Origin: an uncultured virus (IMG/VR IMGVR_UViG_3300047471_000190)
Lineage: Duplodnaviria; Heunggongvirae; Uroviricota; Caudoviricetes
Virus record (IMG/VR): IMGVR_UViG_3300047471_000190
DNA: 64,000 nucleotides
Strand: one strand, 5' to 3'
Under the pieces are notes generated by a model. The model had not been told where the DNA came from and made no database searches. It worked only from the letters and a program-made list of their open reading frames with translations. Positions 20,063 to 29,228 of this stretch are shown here, piece by piece; position 1 is the stretch's first letter, and each line of letters begins with the position of its first letter. The position numbers and the translations under genes were made by a program.

Positions 20063-20470
20063 TTAGACAAACGGGGTAAGCTGGTCTTGCTGCAGCGTGA
20101 TGGCCACCTTGCACCAGGTCGGCCACCGCTCGAGCACATGGGCGGCGAGCCATGTCGTGCCTTCGGGCAGGGTGCCAGAAGGAAATACGAGCAGATCACC
20201 GCCCTGTTGTTGCACGCGCACAATAGACATCACCTGAGCGCTCACATAAATCGCCCGACGCACGCCCTGAATATTCAGGCTGTCGAGCTGCTGCAGGTCA
20301 GAAAATGCCAGCGCCTGCACCTGCACTGAGATCGGCGATTTGGCATAGATGGGGGTTCGCTTGCCGCTCGCCAAAGTCGTCGCGCCGGTCGAATGCCATA
20401 GCTCGCACGCGACGTCCGGATTGATCCCCTGGATAGCCGCATTGGCAACGCCGCGGATGTTCAGCGCCAT
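20063..20470 (-). CDS. Head closure/head-tail joining protein
   Basis: I..INP, GKRTP.Y, QVQAL, LNIQG, GGDL, VLE.WP.WC. Confidence 0.75.
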   Translation of the reverse strand: MALNIRGVANAAIQGINPDVACELWHSTGATTLASGKRTPIYAKSPISVQVQALAFSDLQQLDSLNIQGVRRAIYVSAQVMSIVRVQQQGGDLLVFPSGTLPEGTTWLAAHVLERWPTWCKVAITLQQDQLTPFV

Positions 20471-20889
20471 CGGCGGGTTCCTCGGATAGCGCGCCGTTGT
20501 TCGCGGATAGACTTCGGGCTCGGCCGCGGCCGCAACGGGATCACACCGGCCATCGCATCCTCGATTGATCGGTCCTGGTGCAGCAAATCAACTTGGTGCG
20601 AAATAACGCCGTTAGCGAGACGCGCATCAAGTTCCGGGTCTTTCGGATTGAGATACGGCCGCTGTGGCCTGCCTTGTTCGGCCAGCTTTTTGTTTTGCTC
20701 GAAAATCTTGTCGTTGACATCGACGATCTGCGAGACGATCGACGTTGCCAATATCTTGATCGGAGCGTGGTCGATCGCGTGCCGCGTCTTGGGGCCGAGA
20801 TCCTCCATCGAGGCCAGCTCCATAAATCCCGGGACGAGCGCCTGGTTACCCGGCGTTCCGATTCCTACATTGCTGCCGCGCTTCAACAT
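20461..20889 (-). CDS. Hypothetical protein
   Basis: In-operon ORF, MLKRGSN start after purine-rich RBS. Confidence 0.55.
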   Translation of the reverse strand: MLKRGSNVGIGTPGNQALVPGFMELASMEDLGPKTRHAIDHAPIKILATSIVSQIVDVNDKIFEQNKKLAEQGRPQRPYLNPKDPELDARLANGVISHQVDLLHQDRSIEDAMAGVIPLRPRPSPKSIREQRRAIRGTRRWR

Positions 20890-20947
20890 TTTCCGTTTCC
20901 TTCCCGGTTGCCGGCGTCCGCCATAGCACGGACGCCGCGGGAAAGCA

Positions 20948-21757
20948 TCAGGACAGACGATAAAGCGTCCACGCGCCGGTGGCGGTCTTGCGCGCACGGA
21001 AGCGCCCTGACGATCCTTGAGCGGCTAGCGCACTATGGGCCTGCACGTCCATTTCGCCGACCAGCGTCCATCCCGTATTGGTCGTCACGCTGGCGTCCTC
21101 GGCATCGACCACGGACGTATTGATTACTGAAAAGTCGAATGAGTCCCCCGCAACGGAGGTAGGCAGCGCGGTATCCATCGCAGTTGCGAGCGGTAGCTGT
21201 TGTGCCGATGTGGCGCCGGCTCCCTGCGCGACGGTGATGATTCCCGTCAAGACTTCAGCTGTCGTCAAGGTCGCCGAGACGGTCTTGGCTGCCGGGGCGC
21301 CTTGCTGGCTGAGTTGTACGCCATTCACGCGCACCACTCCGTTAACGCCGGTTCCGTTCGCAGCACCGCCCGTGAGACTGACGTCGCCGCCGTTCGCGTT
21401 GCCTGCGGTGCCAGCGCCGCCCGTGACGGTGGCGTTACCGCCGGCACCCGATGTCGAGCCGCCGGCGCCACCCGTCAGTGCGGCATTGCTGCCCGCTGCC
21501 GTAGCAGTAGCTGCAGCTTTGGCGGTGACCGAAGGGGCAGTGATCGAGGTAGCGGTGATCGCCGCCGGCGTGGTCGCGCCGATCGTCATGTTGTCGATCG
21601 CGCCCGGGGTCGAGTTCGCGCGGTTCGGCGGCGAGATCGGAAACGAGATCTGCCCGTTGCGATCGGTCAGAAAGACGGTATTGGCTGCAAATAGCGGTAC
21701 AGAGATCAGCGCCGCAAGAGCTGCACCAATGAACATGGTAAAGCGGGGCTTCTTCAT
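20948..21757 (-). CDS. Gly/Thr-rich virion-like (head fibre-like) protein with signal peptide
   Basis: MKKPRFTMFIGAALAALISVPLFA|A; IGATTPAA and GG.V.LTGG repeats; GGAG RBS. Confidence 0.7.
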   Translation of the reverse strand: MKKPRFTMFIGAALAALISVPLFAANTVFLTDRNGQISFPISPPNRANSTPGAIDNMTIGATTPAAITATSITAPSVTAKAAATATAAGSNAALTGGAGGSTSGAGGNATVTGGAGTAGNANGGDVSLTGGAANGTGVNGVVRVNGVQLSQQGAPAAKTVSATLTTAEVLTGIITVAQGAGATSAQQLPLATAMDTALPTSVAGDSFDFSVINTSVVDAEDASVTTNTGWTLVGEMDVQAHSALAAQGSSGRFRARKTATGAWTLYRLS

Positions 21758-21774
21758 CGAGATAGTCTCCTGGT

Positions 21775-22287
21775 TTAAGGTTTTGCCGCGGCTGCGGTCT
21801 TTGCGAATCCGCCGGCGTTGTTCGACGGCGCCGATAGGCTTGTGGTGCTGGTCTTCACTTCCCAGGACACCGCGTTGATCATGTCGCCGTGCTCAATCAG
21901 CGGCTTGTCGAATCCCTTCTTGGCGATCGTCTTCGGCGAAAGTGGGGGCGACCAAAGATCAAGATAGGCTTCCTGCCATTGTCCCTTGATGGCTTCGCCT
22001 GTGCGCTCGAGCGTCAGCTTGGCGTCGTAATTCGTGACCTTCAGCTGGTGAGCAATGCCGTCCGGCCATTCCGGCGACTTCTCGGCGACCATGTTTCGGA
22101 TGGCGGGACGCGGCGGCACGTTGCCGTGCCCGAATTCGTTCATTGCCGCGCGCAGCGGGAGGGAATCCCCATTGGGGGCGGTCGACCCTTCTAGCAGACC
22201 GACGCGCAGCGTGCCTGGCTCGTTCAGCCGGGCGGCAAGGGCGGCCAAGGCCTGCTGCAGCTTGTGGCCGCCCTTGATAGAAGCCAA
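21775..22287 (-). CDS. Neck/tail completion protein
   Basis: LRVG.LEG, AAMNEFG, PPRP.IR, PLSPKTIAKKGFDKPLI; TTG start inferred. Confidence 0.7.
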   Translation of the reverse strand: MASIKGGHKLQQALAALAARLNEPGTLRVGLLEGSTAPNGDSLPLRAAMNEFGHGNVPPRPAIRNMVAEKSPEWPDGIAHQLKVTNYDAKLTLERTGEAIKGQWQEAYLDLWSPPLSPKTIAKKGFDKPLIEHGDMINAVSWEVKTSTTSLSAPSNNAGGFAKTAAAAKP

Positions 22288-22291
22288 TTTT

Positions 22292-22876
22292 CTAGACCGT
22301 GCCGGAGGCCGCAGGCGGGGCGGCAGGAGAGGCTGGGTCCGTGCCGGGAGCGGCGGTGCCGGCAGCGGCCGCCGGCGTGTCACTGGTGCCCGTAGCCCCG
22401 GCTGCAGGGGCGACAGTCCCGGTCCCCGGCAGGTCGGCCGGCGCCTGGTCGGGATCACCGTCGAGCGACAGCAGGACTTCAAGCCCGTCCTTGTTGGCGT
22501 CGAACCAAGTCAGCATGGCCGTCACCCGGTCGACAAAGTCGCCGCCGCTGAAGGTCTTCAGCCCCTCCTCGACCGCCGCAACCCGGGTAGCCAAGCCGTC
22601 ATCGTGGCCGCTATCGGCGAAGGCGGTCTCCAGCTTGGTCACCCGATCGCCGAAGCCATCGAGTGTGGCCTTCAGCGAAGCGCGGTCCGCATCCGACATG
22701 CCGACGGCGCCCGGCTGATTGACCTGTACGCCCGGCTGCTGCTTGGACAATGCCGCCAATGCATCGGGGTCAATGCCCAGCTTCTTCAGGTACTCGACAT
22801 AGGCGATGGCGTTCTCGACACGAGTACGGAAGGCCTTCAGTGAGTTAACGTCTTTCAGCATCGCGTCGTGATCCAT
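22292..22876 (-). CDS. Hypothetical coiled-coil protein with Ala/Pro-rich tail
   Basis: AAGGAG RBS; repeated RV..lE helices. Confidence 0.65.
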   Translation of the reverse strand: MDHDAMLKDVNSLKAFRTRVENAIAYVEYLKKLGIDPDALAALSKQQPGVQVNQPGAVGMSDADRASLKATLDGFGDRVTKLETAFADSGHDDGLATRVAAVEEGLKTFSGGDFVDRVTAMLTWFDANKDGLEVLLSLDGDPDQAPADLPGTGTVAPAAGATGTSDTPAAAAGTAAPGTDPASPAAPPAASGTV

Positions 22877-22944
22877 GGTCGACTCCTTGTTGCGCTTTGC
22901 GCGGGTTTGAGGTTCTGGCCTTCGGCCGCTTTGATCGGCCGATA

Positions 22945-23214
22945 CTAAGGGCCCGCGGGCGGGTCCTTTTCGTCACGAGCAGCGATCATCCCGTTCTGGA
23001 CAACCGAGAGGTTCGAGTTTTCCTGAAGCCACAGCTCGTAGAATTCCTTATCGATGCCCGGATTGTCGCCCTGCTTAAGCGTGACCATGTCGCCGAGTGG
23101 AACGCGCGTCTCCTGCCCCATGAACCCTTTGTGGATCTGGTGCAGGGCGATCTGCAGCCCGTTCGGTACCGAGCAGCTCACGTTCACTGTCGGTCGCCTT
23201 TTCTCGTTCATCAT
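22945..23214 (-). CDS. Head completion-region protein, paralog-like to 23711-24319
   Basis: V.CS.PNGL, GIDKEFYELW..EN. Confidence 0.65.
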   Translation of the reverse strand: MMNEKRRPTVNVSCSVPNGLQIALHQIHKGFMGQETRVPLGDMVTLKQGDNPGIDKEFYELWLQENSNLSVVQNGMIAARDEKDPPAGP

Positions 23215-23225
23215 CTTTTCTCCGT

Positions 23226-23705
23226 TCAACAACGTCGCCGTCCCGGGAAATAACCGACAGGACCGATGCCGGTTCCGAACCTGGTCGGTCCCGGCATGTA
23301 GCGCACCATCCGATAAGCAGCCGTTGCCTGCCAGAAGTTCGCGCCGAATGTCGTTTGCAAGAACCACGCGTTGTTCGCGGTTGTCGGCCATTCGACGCCG
23401 ACCGATACCGAGCCTTCGCTTGCGCTGTTGACATGGCCGACCAGGCCCGATGGCGGCTCGCCGTTGATGCCGAACATCAGCTGAGAAAGATGCGCGGTCA
23501 ATTGCCAAAGCAACGTCGTCTGTAGCTGAACGGTACGCACAGGACCGGTGCCGTCGTTGCGCAGATAGATGGTCGCCAGACTGAATGCCTCGTTCAGCTG
23601 CGCGTCGCTCAGCGTTGCGAACATCGGATAGGCGACCTTGAAGTCGGCCGGGACGAAGACGGCGACCGCGCCGCCTGTGCAGCCAGCAAGACAGTTGATC
23701 GCCAT
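23226..23705 (-). CDS. Head-tail adaptor (DUF4054-like)
   Basis: FKVAYPMF, LTAHL, VG.V.SASEGSVSV, W..QT.FG..FWQAT. Confidence 0.85.
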   Translation of the reverse strand: MAINCLAGCTGGAVAVFVPADFKVAYPMFATLSDAQLNEAFSLATIYLRNDGTGPVRTVQLQTTLLWQLTAHLSQLMFGINGEPPSGLVGHVNSASEGSVSVGVEWPTTANNAWFLQTTFGANFWQATAAYRMVRYMPGPTRFGTGIGPVGYFPGRRRC

Positions 23706-23710
23706 TTTCG

Positions 23711-24319
23711 CTACGCCCTTTTGCGGCCGGGAACATCCGAGTCACTGTCGATCTCGATGTTCGTCAGATTGGGGTTGTTCTCAGGCTCGACGCGAGGATC
23801 CTTCTCCTGCGCCAGCGGCTCGAGCCCGTGGCGCAGCTTTTCGAATTCATTGCAATAGGCTGTCGCATCCGCTTCCGTGTCGAACGCCTTCATCAGCCCC
23901 GACGTGATGAGTTCGAGCTGTGAATTTTGTTCGGCATAGGTTCGCCAGAATTCGGCGTCGATGTCGCGCGTCAGCGAAAATCCGCAGATGATGGGATAGT
24001 TCGGCATCATACCGAATGGCAATACTGCAGGCTTCAGTCGAACCTGCGGACCGACGCGCATTGGAATCTTGCGTTTCTCGACGCCGCCGCCGGAGACGCG
24101 CACGTCCTGGTCGATGAATTGGGTATGCTGCAGGTAGACGCCTCGCGGCATTTTGCAGACCACAACAACCTTGCGCGAGGTTACCTTGATATCCCCGACT
24201 CCCTTTGTCTCGCGCGTCACGGGAGCTTCGATGGTTTCGTTTGACGCCGGGGGAGCAGCGGCAGCGGTTTTTGCGCTGGTAGCCGCTCGCCGGGCCTTCT
24301 CGGCTTTCGAGATAGTCAT
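23711..24319 (-). CDS. Head completion-region protein
   Basis: VVVCKMPRG, GFSLT.DIDAEFW, GLEPL; follows the capsid gene. Confidence 0.7.
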   Translation of the reverse strand: MTISKAEKARRAATSAKTAAAAPPASNETIEAPVTRETKGVGDIKVTSRKVVVVCKMPRGVYLQHTQFIDQDVRVSGGGVEKRKIPMRVGPQVRLKPAVLPFGMMPNYPIICGFSLTRDIDAEFWRTYAEQNSQLELITSGLMKAFDTEADATAYCNEFEKLRHGLEPLAQEKDPRVEPENNPNLTNIEIDSDSDVPGRKRA

Positions 24320-24349
24320 GTCGATCTTTTCTTTCGTGTGTTCGGAGTG

Positions 24350-24381
24350 AAAAGGGGAACGCGCGGAATTGCGCGGTCCCC
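24350..24381 (-). terminator. Rho-independent terminator after major capsid gene
   Basis: GGGGACCGCGC/GCGCGTTCCCC stem plus T-tract on the minus strand. Confidence 0.7.
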
Positions 24382-24395
24382 GGGAAGCACCGTTA

Positions 24396-25484
24396 TCAGA
24401 TGCCGATCATGCTGGCGATGGCAAAAGGCTGTCGGATGACGGCGCCGAGCGTCCCGCCCACCATCTTCTGCTTGTAGCTCGACAGGTCGGGGATCAGCCG
24501 GCCAGCGCGCATTTTGACGTTGTATGCAACGAAGCCGGTTTTCTGGTTCCGAACATCGGTGCAGATCAGCTGCGCGAAGTTGCCACCGACAACGCCTTGC
24601 GGATTGCTGGCGGACTGGATGCCATACTGAACCGCGGAGACGATCTTCAGGTTCGGGAAGTTCTTCGACAGCAGATCCGACACATTGACGTCGAAGGAGT
24701 TGGTCGCGGTGATCGCGCCTTCCGAGATCGGCGACAACGCGAGAACGAAGTTCGACTTCACATTGATGTTGCCGCCGGCCTGCTGGATCAGTTGCAGGGC
24801 GAGCGATTGGATGTCGAGGAAAATCTCGTTCGGAGTTGCGGTGATGACGTTGTTCGTCACCCATTGGTTATTGCCATAGGCCTTCGGCGACGGCGTGATC
24901 GCGGCCGTCAGATTCGGATCATTCAGGAATCCGTAGTTCTGCAGGCCATTGATGCCGAAGAAGTAGCTCTGATTCTGGAACCGATTGATTGCCCAGGCCG
25001 CGGCCGCATTCAGTTCGTTCAGCCAGTTGATCTTCGCGAGACCGGCAACATCCAGTTCGCGATCGCCATACTGCAGGATCGTCTGAAAGAGGAACGGCTG
25101 GCGCGAGGGGAAGTTCGTGTTCGCGTTCACCGATCCGTTGTTGCTGTAGTCGCCATATGCCGACGTCTCGCCAGTGTGCTCGACGGTGGGGAACATGACG
25201 GAGTTCAGCGTCCAATCGCCCTTTTGCACCTCATCGAAAATCGATTTGGCTTCAAGCGGCGAGAACAGGATCTCGTACACTTGCGGATCGATCATGGTCG
25301 ACAGCCATACCGGAATGCCGCTGTTTTGCGTGGTCGTCAGCTGCGGCTGAGCGTCCATCGCCATGCCGATGTCGTCGGCCCAGCCGTCCGGCACATAATG
25401 GCGGACATCGGGGAAGACGGCGCCGAGTGCTTCGAACCGGCGTCGGTCACCCGCAAACTGTGTGCGTGCTTCGATCAAATTCAT
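24396..25484 (-). CDS. Major capsid protein (DUF2184-like, HK97 fold)
   Basis: AMDAQP..NSGIP, KGDW, YGDY, FFGI.GL.NYG.LNDPNL, GAVIRQPFAIASMIGI. Confidence 0.9.
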   Translation of the reverse strand: MNLIEARTQFAGDRRRFEALGAVFPDVRHYVPDGWADDIGMAMDAQPQLTTTQNSGIPVWLSTMIDPQVYEILFSPLEAKSIFDEVQKGDWTLNSVMFPTVEHTGETSAYGDYSNNGSVNANTNFPSRQPFLFQTILQYGDRELDVAGLAKINWLNELNAAAAWAINRFQNQSYFFGINGLQNYGFLNDPNLTAAITPSPKAYGNNQWVTNNVITATPNEIFLDIQSLALQLIQQAGGNINVKSNFVLALSPISEGAITATNSFDVNVSDLLSKNFPNLKIVSAVQYGIQSASNPQGVVGGNFAQLICTDVRNQKTGFVAYNVKMRAGRLIPDLSSYKQKMVGGTLGAVIRQPFAIASMIGI

Positions 25485-25507
25485 CTGGAGTGCCTTTCAT
25501 TGAAAAC

Positions 25508-25534
25508 AAAAAGGCGCTCCGGAGGAGACGCCTT
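25508..25534 (-). terminator. Putative terminator between decoration and capsid genes
   Basis: AAGGCGTCTCC/GGAGCGCCTT hairpin followed by T-tract. Confidence 0.5.
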
Positions 25535-25580
25535 GGGGTTGGGAGAACGAGCAGATTTTTTGGAGTGCGATGCCGGCGCG

Positions 25581-26564
25581 TTAGACGGTATCGGAGACCT
25601 TCACGAGTTCATTCGTTGCACCGGACGAGCGACAGATCCATTTGGTCTCGATCGAGGCTTGAGACGTGATGGCGGTCGACGAAACAACGGTGTTGTTGTC
25701 GACGACATAGGTGCCGGCAGCACCGGTGGTTCCGGTCAGCTGCTGATAGATCTTGGTACCGGTGACAACGCTCGAGCCGGAGATGGTTTGGCCCGCTCCC
25801 AAGCCAGCCACCACGGTGCCACCGATGGTGAGAACGCCATAGGTGCCAGACAGCGTGGTCGAGGCAACTGTCTGCCCGGGGATCGAGAGCGCATAGGTGC
25901 CCTTACCAGCAAGCGCACCGCCGCTTTCGCTCGAAGTCAGCTGCGAAACGATCTGAGTTCCGGTCGCGACACCGGTCCCGGAGAATGTCGCACCGCCATA
26001 AAGCGAACCGGCACCGACATTGGTCACCGTCAGCACGTTGTCGGCGATCGAGCCGGTGGCCGTGAAGGTGGCCGCGGCGATGGACGACGCCGAACCGGAT
26101 CCTCCTGGCGGAGTCGCGCCGGCCGCGGCGAAGTAAGCCGTGCCATCCGCGAAGTTCGCAAATGCCTTCATGCCGACTTGCGCCAGCGCCGCACCGGTGT
26201 TTTTGATCCACAGATCGACGCTGTTGAACAGTACCGCCTGCTGTCCCTTCAGTAGTACCATGCTTGAAGTCGCAAGGTACGCGGTGATGAGGCCGATCTG
26301 CTCACGGTGCACGAGGCCGGCGGGAAGGCCGGCGCCGAAGGTATTGACGATGGCCGGAGCATTGTCGCTGTCGATGCCGGCATAGCTCAGCCAGCCAAAA
26401 CGACCGACCACAATGCCGCTGACCAGCGCTCCATTGATAACACCGTTGCCGGAGACGAGCGCGCCTTCGCCGGCGAGTACGGTTGCGCGCGGATTGGCGG
26501 TAGCGAAATCGCCTTCGACCGCGGGGGCCTGGATAGTGTTAACCTGGTTGGGAAAGTCCGCCAT
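25581..26564 (-). CDS. Head decoration/cement protein with two inserted beta modules
   Basis: FPNQVN..QAPAVEGDFA..NP, GLVHREQ, ETKW; lies between protease and capsid. Confidence 0.8.
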   Translation of the reverse strand: MADFPNQVNTIQAPAVEGDFATANPRATVLAGEGALVSGNGVINGALVSGIVVGRFGWLSYAGIDSDNAPAIVNTFGAGLPAGLVHREQIGLITAYLATSSMVLLKGQQAVLFNSVDLWIKNTGAALAQVGMKAFANFADGTAYFAAAGATPPGGSGSASSIAAATFTATGSIADNVLTVTNVGAGSLYGGATFSGTGVATGTQIVSQLTSSESGGALAGKGTYALSIPGQTVASTTLSGTYGVLTIGGTVVAGLGAGQTISGSSVVTGTKIYQQLTGTTGAAGTYVVDNNTVVSSTAITSQASIETKWICRSSGATNELVKVSDTV

Positions 26565-26584
26565 TGAGATGGCTCCTTGTTTTC

Positions 26585-26622
26585 AAAAAGAGAGGGGAGG
26601 GGTTTTGGTTTGCCCCTCCCCC
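26585..26622 (-). terminator. Putative terminator after protease/scaffold gene
   Basis: GGGGAGGGG/CCCCTCCCC stem then CTCTTTT. Confidence 0.5.
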
Positions 26623-26654
26623 CGATCTGGGAGGAGGGCCGTTTCGGTTTTGCT

Positions 26655-28502
26655 TCAGCCCGCTTTGCGGACCTTGGCGGCGTTCGGGAAGCGGGAATTG
26701 AAGTCGCTGGTGCTAGCCGAGTCCTGCGCGATCGGATCACGTCGTGCAGCCCCAGGCACCGGGATGGCATCCCACAACGCCTGCAGGGCGTTCAGCTCCT
26801 TGATCTTGGAAACATCGCGATCCTGCATTTTGAACGCCTGACGATAAACGCCATCGGCGCTATCGAATGCCATATCGAGAACACCGACGATCGGCTGCAC
26901 ATGCGATCTCGCCGCCGCCACCGCGTTCATCTGCTTGATGGTGTCGGCTCGAGCGTTTTTGATTGCCTCGTCCATAGCACCCTTCGACACGAAGTCGGGC
27001 TTCTTGCCCTTTCCGTCGGGCCCGGCTTCGGGTTCGACGGTGTCCTTGTCCTTGGCACCGGCTGCAGCGGCCATCTTGGCAGCCTTTGCCTCGTCGGTTT
27101 CTTCTTCCTCGCCGCCGCCCTCGCCTGGCATGCCGGCGATCACGTCATCGGGTACACCCTTCGACTTCAGATACGCTTTGACGGCTTCCATGCCGCCGCC
27201 GGCGTCCATCGTGGTGTCTTCCTCGAGCCCATCGGAATCGGTGTCGAGTTCGCCATCCTCTACGGTCTTGTCGCCGTCGATCGACGCCATCAGTTTTTCG
27301 ACGCCTTCGATCACACCGACCAGGTCGCCGTCCTGCGCCAGCTTGATTTTTCCGAGTGACTTCTTCAGCGCGGCAACGAACGCCGGCACCGACGCCTTGA
27401 ATTTTCCCGGCTCGAACGTCGCCAGTGCGCCAGCAAGGTTCGGCATTGCCGTATCCATCGCCAGCTTCGGCTTCAGGAACGCAGTGAGCGCGCCATAGGC
27501 AACCGTCGCCTTCATGCTCTTGAGCTGCTTCTTCGACATCGTAAAAATCTCCTCTTGGGGTTGCAGTGCTTCGTCTAGGGCGACGTCCGATCCGGCGCGT
27601 CCCTTCTTCACCAGGCACACATGGTTTCCGACCATGTTGCGCATCACGCCGTCGTAGGGTTCGCCCTCGTAGGTGCCCGGCGTCATGTCTGCGTCGTAGC
27701 TATACGCGCTCGACAATTCTTTTTGCGATCCTGAATCGATGTGGTCGCGGCCTTGTCGATTCCAGATCGCGAGGCTGTTGTAGAGATACGGATGCTCATA
27801 TTCCGCTTCTGAGCCGACGGTGCCGACCGTGATATCGCCGTCGTGCTCGTCGGCGGAATGCGGTACGTGTCGATCAAGTAGCGGCAGATTGTGAAATGTC
27901 GCCGCTGCGTTCTTGATCTCGTCCGGATGGCGAAGCAGCCGATAGACCTTGCCGGGGTCGAGCCCGAGCTCGTTGCCCTTCGGAATCTCTCGACCGTAAT
28001 ACGGGTTGACGCCGGCCTTTGTGATCGGAGCGCGCTTGACGTGTAGCCGCTCGAAACCGTCGACCTGCTTGCCTTGCGTGTCCACCTCGCGATCGAACGC
28101 GAGCTGCACTGAGATGCCCGGCCTGGCCAGTTCAATGAACAAACCGTCGGGGGCCCGATCGAAAGCCAGATCCGGACCCAGCATGCCGGCGATATCGGCC
28201 GCCAGCACGGCGAACGCCTCGTCCATAGCGCCAAGCCTCGGCTTCATGGGCCAATTATTGGTGGGGGAAATACCCGAACCGCCGCAGCCAGCGCACCCAT
28301 GGCCTCCGCAGGCCGCGTGAACGCCGTCCTGAGCGATTGGGTTGGTCAGCAGGCAATCGCCGAGAAAGGCGCCTACCCAATCGGGAACCTCGTCAGCCGC
28401 GACAAATTCCTTGCCGACCGCCTGCGGCACCCCACCATAGCCGCCCTTTGTGTGTGCAGCAGCTTCCATCAGCCGCTTCTGAGCGGGCGAGACTGTCGGC
28501 AT
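26655..28502 (-). CDS. Prohead protease-scaffold (DUF2213-like)
   Basis: ITKAGVNPYYGREIP, LRHPDEI, KELSSAY.YD.D.TPG, NHV.LV..GRAG.DV; acidic scaffold C-terminus. Confidence 0.9.
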   Translation of the reverse strand: MPTVSPAQKRLMEAAAHTKGGYGGVPQAVGKEFVAADEVPDWVGAFLGDCLLTNPIAQDGVHAACGGHGCAGCGGSGISPTNNWPMKPRLGAMDEAFAVLAADIAGMLGPDLAFDRAPDGLFIELARPGISVQLAFDREVDTQGKQVDGFERLHVKRAPITKAGVNPYYGREIPKGNELGLDPGKVYRLLRHPDEIKNAAATFHNLPLLDRHVPHSADEHDGDITVGTVGSEAEYEHPYLYNSLAIWNRQGRDHIDSGSQKELSSAYSYDADMTPGTYEGEPYDGVMRNMVGNHVCLVKKGRAGSDVALDEALQPQEEIFTMSKKQLKSMKATVAYGALTAFLKPKLAMDTAMPNLAGALATFEPGKFKASVPAFVAALKKSLGKIKLAQDGDLVGVIEGVEKLMASIDGDKTVEDGELDTDSDGLEEDTTMDAGGGMEAVKAYLKSKGVPDDVIAGMPGEGGGEEEETDEAKAAKMAAAAGAKDKDTVEPEAGPDGKGKKPDFVSKGAMDEAIKNARADTIKQMNAVAAARSHVQPIVGVLDMAFDSADGVYRQAFKMQDRDVSKIKELNALQALWDAIPVPGAARRDPIAQDSASTSDFNSRFPNAAKVRKAG

Positions 28503-28745
28503 GGGGAGAACCTCGCAAGCATTCCGTTCAGTTTAACGGAAGCGTTAACGCGATAATTTGGCATCGGGCGGGTCGCGGCATGCCTTTCGGCTTTCGCGCA
28601 TCCCCGGTACGACCGGCCGCTTTCCGCTCGCCGCCCGATGATCTCGCCGAAGCGAGAATTGCTCGTCCTCGTCACGCGCTTATTGCAGGAAGCGACAACC
28701 GCGCCACCACAATCATCGTCTAGCCGGACGTCTCCGGCCGAGGAC

Positions 28746-29033
28746 TTATCTCTCCGGCGGAATGCGCCGTTGAACGATATAGGCTTTGCCGTCCGGCTGC
28801 TGCAGATCGCAGCGCTCTGCGTCTCTCATGTAGCCGCTGGTCTCGCAATCGTCATCCGACGAATAGACCCGTGGCGTATAGCCGGCCATGACCGTGCGCG
28901 GCAAAACGAAACGGCAAATGCCGTAAATCATGTTCTGCGGCCCCATGTCCATCTGCCGCTTGAAGAACTTGCAGGACCCGCACGTATCAGGCTCCGCGCT
29001 GGCGCCGACCGCCAAAATAATCTCGTTCGCCAT
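28746..29033 (-). CDS. Small Cys-rich (CxxC) protein
   Basis: TCGSCKFF...GICRF...CDL. Confidence 0.6.
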   Translation of the reverse strand: MANEIILAVGASAEPDTCGSCKFFKRQMDMGPQNMIYGICRFVLPRTVMAGYTPRVYSSDDDCETSGYMRDAERCDLQQPDGKAYIVQRRIPPER

Positions 29034-29038
29034 GACGT

Positions 29039-29224
29039 TTAGACGCTCATTGCCATGCCGGCGATCGCCAATGGAATGGCGCACACCAACCAAGCCATCT
29101 GCCCGGTGTCCCAAGCCTTGTAGACACCGAAGAACGCCGCGCCGATCACGACGATCACCGTTACCACAACAAACAATGCTGGGAAAAGAGGAAGGCCAAC
29201 CTTCTCGTCGCTGTCGTGGTGCAT
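29039..29224 (-). CDS. Small two-TM membrane protein
   Basis: GAGGT RBS; two hydrophobic helices. Confidence 0.6.
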   Translation of the reverse strand: MHHDSDEKVGLPLFPALFVVVTVIVVIGAAFFGVYKAWDTGQMAWLVCAIPLAIAGMAMSV

Positions 29225-29228
29225 GGCT

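Noticed and set aside
24369..26255. Long plus-strand ORFs opposite structural genes (also 16950-18278, 35990-37525, 48349-49638) and the minus ORF 57229-58692
   Set aside because: Antisense shadows of high-GC genes with recognisable products; no motifs of their own
28533..28548. CtrA box upstream of the protease
   Set aside because: Spacing is TTAA-N8-TTAA rather than the canonical N7; kept only as a palindrome
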